Below are positions 58,355 through 64,000 of a stretch of 64,000 nt of DNA, piece by piece. The position numbers were made by a program, and so were the translations under genes. The stretch comes from Pristiophorus japonicus (taxonomy: Eukaryota). Each line of letters opens with the position of its first letter. Position 1 is the first letter of the stretch. Below the pieces are notes generated by a model that worked only from the letters and a program-made list of their open reading frames with translations, was not told where the DNA came from and ran no database searches. The DNA lies in NCBI RefSeq assembly GCF_044704955.1, contig NC_091997.1:42346001-42410000 (forward strand), given 5' to 3'.

Positions 58355-61300
58355 TGTTGTGTATGGAGAAAGAGTCAGCCTGAACATTGTGAGTTCAAAG
58401 TAAAGTGTGACCGCAGTATTTTATTGCAGGTCTCCAGAGGGCCTCTCCAACCTGTGAAACCTCCTTAAATACCTGTGCTCCCAAGGGATTATGGGATCCC
58501 TTGGGACTCCAGGGGATGAGCCCTCTGGTGGCTATACAGAGTAAATACAAGTCCACATATATAACAACATTCCCAGCACCACCCCCCCTCCCCCCGCCCC
58601 CCCAAAGTCAATAGTGTAACTATTTACAATGTGAGTCGATTTGGGGCCCTTCTTGCCCTAGTTTATCATCTCGGTGTGAAAGCTGGTGTTGTTGAATCAT
58701 TTGTTGGGCCCTTGCTGGGCTGCTGTGCAGCTGGCCTTGCTGGGTTGCTGTGAATGATGGGTTCTGCTTCGTGGTCAACCGTGGTGCCGGTTGCCACTGG
58801 TGTGTATGTTGGGGGATCAAAAAAGGTAGGGTCCAAGTTGGGTTGCTCAGGATAGTCCGTGAATTTGATTTGGTCCAAGTGTTTCCGGTGAATGAGTCCA
58901 TTTGAAATTTTGACCCGAAACACCCTGCTTCCCTCTTTGGCCACGACAGTGCCGGAAGTCACTTGGGACCTTGTCCATAATTTAATACAAATACAGGATC
59001 ATTGATTTCAATCTCGCGTGACACATTTGCGCTATCATGGTATGCACTTTGTTGAATACGCCTGCTCTCTACCTGTTCATGTAGATCAGGGTGAACTAAT
59101 GAGAGCCTTGTCTTAAGTGCTCTTTTCATGAACAGTTCAGCAGGTGGGATCCCAGTGAGTGAGTGGGGTCTCATGCGGTAGCTAAGCAGGACTCAGGATA
59201 GGCGAGTCTGCAGTGAGCCTTCAGTTACCCTCTTCAAGCCTTGCTTGATGGTTTGCACTGCTCTCTTTACCTGACCATTGGACGCTGGTTTGAACTCAGC
59301 ACTGGTAAAACATGGCCCATTGTCGCTCACCAGGACATCGGGGAAGCCATGTGTGGCAAACATGGCCCGCAGGCTTTCAGTAGTGGTAGCGGACGTGCTA
59401 CCCAACATTATCTCACATTCAATCCACTTGGAGTGCGAGTCTACAACCACAAGGAACATTTTACCCAAGAACGGTCCTGCATAGTCAACGTGTACCCTAG
59501 ACCACAGTTTGGAGGGCCAAGACCATAAACTTAGCGGCGCCTCCCTGGGTACATTGCTTAACTGCGAGCATGCATTACATCTGTGAACGCAGGACTCTAA
59601 GTCCGCATCGATATCGGGCCACCACACGTGGGATCTGGCTATCGCTTTCATCATTACAATGCCTGGGTGGGTACTGTGGAGGTCATTGATGAAGGTGTGT
59701 CTGCCCTTCTTGGGGACCACTACTCGATTGCCCCACAGAAGGCAGTCTGCTTGTATAGACATTTCATCTTTGCGCCGCTGGAACCGCTTTATCTCTTCCT
59801 GCATTTCCACTGGGACACTGGACCAGCTCCCTTGAAGCACACAGCTTTTGAATAGAGATAATAAGGGGTCCTGGCTTGTGCAGGTTTTGATCTGCCAGGC
59901 AGTGATGGGTGATTGCTCACTCTCAAATGCTTCCATAACCATGTCTAGATCTGCGGGCTGCGCCATTTACACCCCCGTGGTGGGTAATGGCAGCCTACTG
60001 AGAGCATCGGCACAGTTTTCTGTGCCTGGCCTGTGGCAGATGGCATAGTTGTTTGCGTCCATCTCTGGATGCGGGACGATGTGTTGGTATTTATCCCTTT
60101 ACTCTCGGAAAACAGGGATATAAGTGGTTTATGGTAAGTTTTCAATTCGAATTTTAGCCCAAACATGTATTGATGCATTTTCTTTACCCCATAGACACAC
60201 GCTAACACTTCTTTCCCAATCATGCTGTAGGCTCTCTCAGCCTTAGGCAGACTCCTGGATGCATAAGCAGCCAGTTGCAGTTTTCAGAAATCATTAGCTT
60301 GTTGCAATGCACACCCAACGCCATATGACGATGCATCACATGCTAGTACCAAACGCTTACATCGATCATACAACACAAGCAATTTGTTTAAGCATAACAA
60401 TTTTCTCACTTTTACAAAGGTATTTTCTTGGCTTTTGCCCCAAACCCATTCGCCCCTTTTTCGTAGTAAGACATGTAGTGGTTCCAGCAGTGTGCTGAGA
60501 CCCGGTAAGAAATTACCAAAGTAGTTCAAGAGTCCCAGAAATGACCACAGCCCTGTCATGTTCTGTGGCCTTGGTGCGTTCTCGATTGCCTCGGTCTTCG
60601 CATTGGTGGGCCTGATGCTGTCCGCCGCAATACTCCTTCCCAAGAACTCCACTTCAGGCATCAGATAAACACACTTCGAGCGTTTTAACCTGAGCCCCAC
60701 GTGGTTGAGTCGACTAAGAACCTCCTCCAGATTCTGCAGGTGCTCGACTGTTTTTCGACCTGTGACCAAGATGTCGTCCTGGAAGACCACGGTGTGCAGG
60801 GCTGACTTCAGTAGACTTTCCATGTTTCTCTGGAATATCGCCACCGCTAATCAGATTCCAAACGGGCATCTGTTATAAATAAAAAGTCCCTTGTGTGTGT
60901 TGATGCAGGTGAGGGCCTTCGATGATTCCTCCAGTTCCTGCGTCATGTAGGCTGAAGTCGGATCCAGCTTCGTGAACGTCTTTTCTCCCGCCACGTTGCA
61001 AAGAGGTCATCGGCCTTTGGTAGTGGGTATTGGTCCTGAAGGGAGAAACGATTGATAGTTACTTTGTAATCGCCACAGATTCTGACGGTGCCGTCTCCCT
61101 TGTGGACTGGGACAATAGGACTGGCCCACTCGCTGAACTCGATCGGTGAAATTATGCTCTCTCTTTGCAGCTGGTCTAGCTCAATCTCTACCCTTTCTCT
61201 CATCATTTACGGTACTGCTCTCGTCTTGTGATGGATGGGTCGCGCCCCCGTAATTAGGTGCATCTGCACTTTTGCTCCTTGGAATTTCCCAATGCCTGGT

Positions 61301-62841
61301 TCGAACAGCGAAGGAAATTTGTTTAAGACCTGGGCACACGAAGTGTCATCAGCGGGCGATTGCGCTCAGACGTCGTCCCAGTTCCAGCGTAACTTTCCCA
61401 GCCAGCTCCTGCCGAGCAGCATGGGACCATCGCCCGGTATCACCCAGAGTGGTAGCTTGAGCATCGCTCCGTCGTAGGAGACCTTTACGGAGGCACTGCC
61501 GAGTACAGGAATCAGTTCTTTTGTGCAAGTAGCTAGTTTCATGTGAACTGGAGTTAAGACTGGCCTTGAGGCCTTGTTGCACCACAAGCTTTCGAAAGTC
61601 TTTTTGCCCATGATGGACTGGCTCGCGCTCGTGTCCAACTCGATTGACACCGGGAGTCCATTTAGTTCAACATTCAGCATTATCGGGGGACAATTCGTGG
61701 TGAATGTGTGCACTCCATGTATGTCTGCCTCCTCTATCTGAGGCTCTGGTTCGTCGTGATCCTCAGTGGATCTGTTCTCCTCTGCAACATGGTGGTTTGC
61801 AAGTTTAACAGGCTTAGCAGCTCGCCTGCATACGCGTTGGAGGTGTCCCATTGTTCCACAGTCCTTGCAAACATAACCTTTGAATCAGCATGAATGGAAA
61901 TGATGATCACCCCCGCAGCGCCAACAAGGTGTTAATGGCCTTGCATTCATCACCCTTGATGGTGGACTCTGAGACATCTGCGGACGTGCAGCTGCAGGTA
62001 TGTGTGACCTGCGCTGTATGTTACGATTCAAAAACAACATCACTTTGTTCACAGTACTTGTAGCAGCACTTGTGTGCTGAGAGATTTGCTTTGTATTGTC
62101 ACTGGTGGCAATGAACGCCTGGGTTATCACTATGGCCTTACTCAAAGTTGGGGTCTCTACAGTCAAAAGTTTGCGCAGTATGGTTTCATGGCCAATGCCA
62201 AGTACGAAAAAGTCTCTGAGCATGTGCTCCAAATGTCCTTCAAATTTGCAATGTTCTGCAAGGCATTTTAGCTCGGCGACATAACTTCCTGGCCTTCAGA
62301 CCTTTTGCAGGTGTAGAACCGGTACCTCGCCATCAGAATGCTTTCCTTCGGGTTCAAATGCTCTCGGATCAGTGTGCACAAATCATCGTACGATTTCTCC
62401 GTGGGTTTCGCTGGAGTGAGCAGATTCTTCATGCGGCTATACGTTGGTGCCCCACAGATGGTGAGGAGGATCGCCCTTCGTTTGGCAGCGCTCTCTTCCC
62501 CATCTAGCCCATTGGCCACAAAATATTGGTCAAGTTGCTCCACAAAAGTTTCCCAATCATCTCCCTCCAAAAATTTCTCCAGGATGCCCACTGTTCTCTG
62601 CATCTTTGGGTTCGCTATCTTGTCGCCAGTTGTTGTGTATGGAGAAAGAGTCAGACTGAACATTGTGAGCTCAAAGTAAAGTGTGACTGTAGTCTTTTAT
62701 TGCAGGTCTCCAGAGTGCCTCTCCAACCTATGAAGCCTCCTTAAATACCTGTGCTCCCAAGGGATTATGGGATCCCTTGGTACTCCAGGGGATGAGCCCT
62801 CTGGTGCTGCACAAAGTAAATACAAGTCCACATGTATAACA
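58355..62841 (-). mobile_element. Gypsy LTR retrotransposon B nested in A, degenerate gag-pol
   Basis: LTRs 62631-62841 and 58355-58566 (about 13 substitutions and 1 indel by eye), PBS-like tggcgacaag, TSD tatct/aatct. Gag MQRTVGILEKF.., ELDTSAS, VVFQDDIL, LACDASSYG, HSTHPG, VHVDYAGPF, SDNGPCF. Confidence 0.95.
58518..58532 (-). promoter_or_regulatory. CTCF-like motif in an LTR of Gypsy B
   Basis: Minus strand GCCACCAGAGGGCTC fits the CTCF core. Confidence 0.4.
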
Positions 62842-63754
62842 AATCTCAATGTCATGTTCGCGACACATGGTCTGCCTGACATCGTTGTTAGCGATAACGG
62901 ATCGTGCTTCACCAGTCAGGAGTTTCAAGAGTTTATGAAACTCAATGGTATCAAACATGTACGGTCAGCACCATTCAAACCTGCATCCAATGGGCAAGCA
63001 GAGTGTGCTGTCCAAATTATAAAGCAGAGTATGAAGTGAGTAACCCATGGGTCACTGCAGACCCACCTGTCATGCATACTGCTTAGTTACAGGTCAAGAC
63101 CACACACGCTTACCGGGGTCTCGCCTGCTGAACTAATGATGAAGAGAGGTCTTAAGACTAAGCTATCTCTTGTACACCCAGACTTGAATAATCATGTTGA
63201 ATATAAAAGACAAAGTCAGCAAGGGTAGCACAATCACGCAGCTGTGTCACGCGATATTTCTGTAAATGATCCTGTATATGTCCTGAATTATGGTCAGGGT
63301 CCCAAGTTGATCGCTGGTACTGTCATGGCCAAGGAGGGCAACAGAGTATTTATTGTCAAGCTCAAAAATGGGCAAACATGCAGGAAACATATGGATCAGA
63401 CAAAGCTGTGGCACACCGACAAACCGGAACAGTCGGAGGAAGAGACAATCGACGACCAACCAACCTACCCCCAGTCATCAGAGGATTCAGTGGTCATCAG
63501 TGAATCGGGACTTTCAATCGCTGACATGTTCAATGAAAATGGATTTTAATCCCTGACATGGCCATTGCCACTCCCACCAGGCCAGCCACCCAGCCACCAG
63601 TCACAACAGACTCTGAAGACTCACCCAAGGCTGGAGTTGAACTGAGACGGTCAACCTGGGAGCGTAAAACATCGGATCGTTTCAATTTGTAAATGACTGT
63701 GTTAATATCTCGGGGGGGGGGGGTATTGTCATGTATGTACTTTTGGGATCGCTA

Positions 63755-63770
63755 GCCACTAGATGGCGTC
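63755..63770 (+). promoter_or_regulatory. CTCF-like motif in the 3' LTR of Gypsy A
   Basis: GCCACTAGATGGCG fits the CCASYAGRKGGCR core. Confidence 0.5.
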
Positions 63771-64000
63771 ACTGTTGGAGGTCATTGGGCTGCACGCACA
63801 TGTGTGCAGCCCAAGTATAAAAGGCCAGCCATTTTGTATATTAGTCACTTTGGGCCTTAAAGCAGAACCAAGGCCATACCTCTTGGAAGTTAAAGTACTC
63901 AGTCTAACAGTTATTGCATACACAACACTTATAATGGGAGATGTCTGCATGTGGATTAGTGCTTTACATTCAACAGTTATACTGTCCTGAGTATTTGGAA

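Larger units (their letters stand above)
55032..63927 (+). mobile_element. Gypsy LTR retrotransposon A (host), degenerate gag-pol, interrupted in integrase
   Basis: LTRs 55032-55178 and 63727-63927 (TGT..ACA), perfect 5-bp TSD cttat, polypurine tract before the 3' LTR. Gag starts at ~55216; LDTGAS protease, WASPIVPVLK RT, LACDAS RNase H, HSTHPG..CNTC integrase resuming at 62847 (MFATHGLPDIVVSDNG). Many stops and frameshifts. Confidence 0.95.

Noticed and set aside
55204-63549. Active retrotransposon or domesticated gag/integrase gene
   Set aside because: Both gag-pol frames are broken by multiple stops, frameshifts and deletions.

Overview
Eukaryotic, repeat-rich vertebrate DNA. The repeat complement (CR1- and L2-type LINE fragments, tRNA-derived SINEs, Penelope-like hairpins, PIF/Harbinger and Gypsy elements) looks like a cartilaginous fish (shark); this is an inference. 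The ORF track misses the real content, an intron-containing type I interferon cluster, read here by manual splicing. (1) Bases 1-20845 are a ~6.7-7.25 kb tandem array. Each unit carries a minus-strand, four-coding-exon, 180-aa IFN gene: one copy is cut by the window edge, two are complete, and a fourth survives only as its last exon. Each unit also has a frameshifted plus-strand IFN exon-1 relic arranged head-to-head. (2) 35427-40031 is a divergent plus-strand 179-aa IFN that has lost the C1-C3 cysteine pair and keeps C2-C4. Both paralogs share a predicted non-coding first exon with a 5'-UTR intron and a 23/24-identical promoter module (IRF element plus C/EBP-ATF-like site). The rest is decayed transposons: a near-complete Harbinger, Harbinger-type MITEs, a solo LTR holding two tandem Tx1-like tails and an L2, and a Gypsy nested in another Gypsy with readable TSDs. 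All gene models are manual predictions without expression data.
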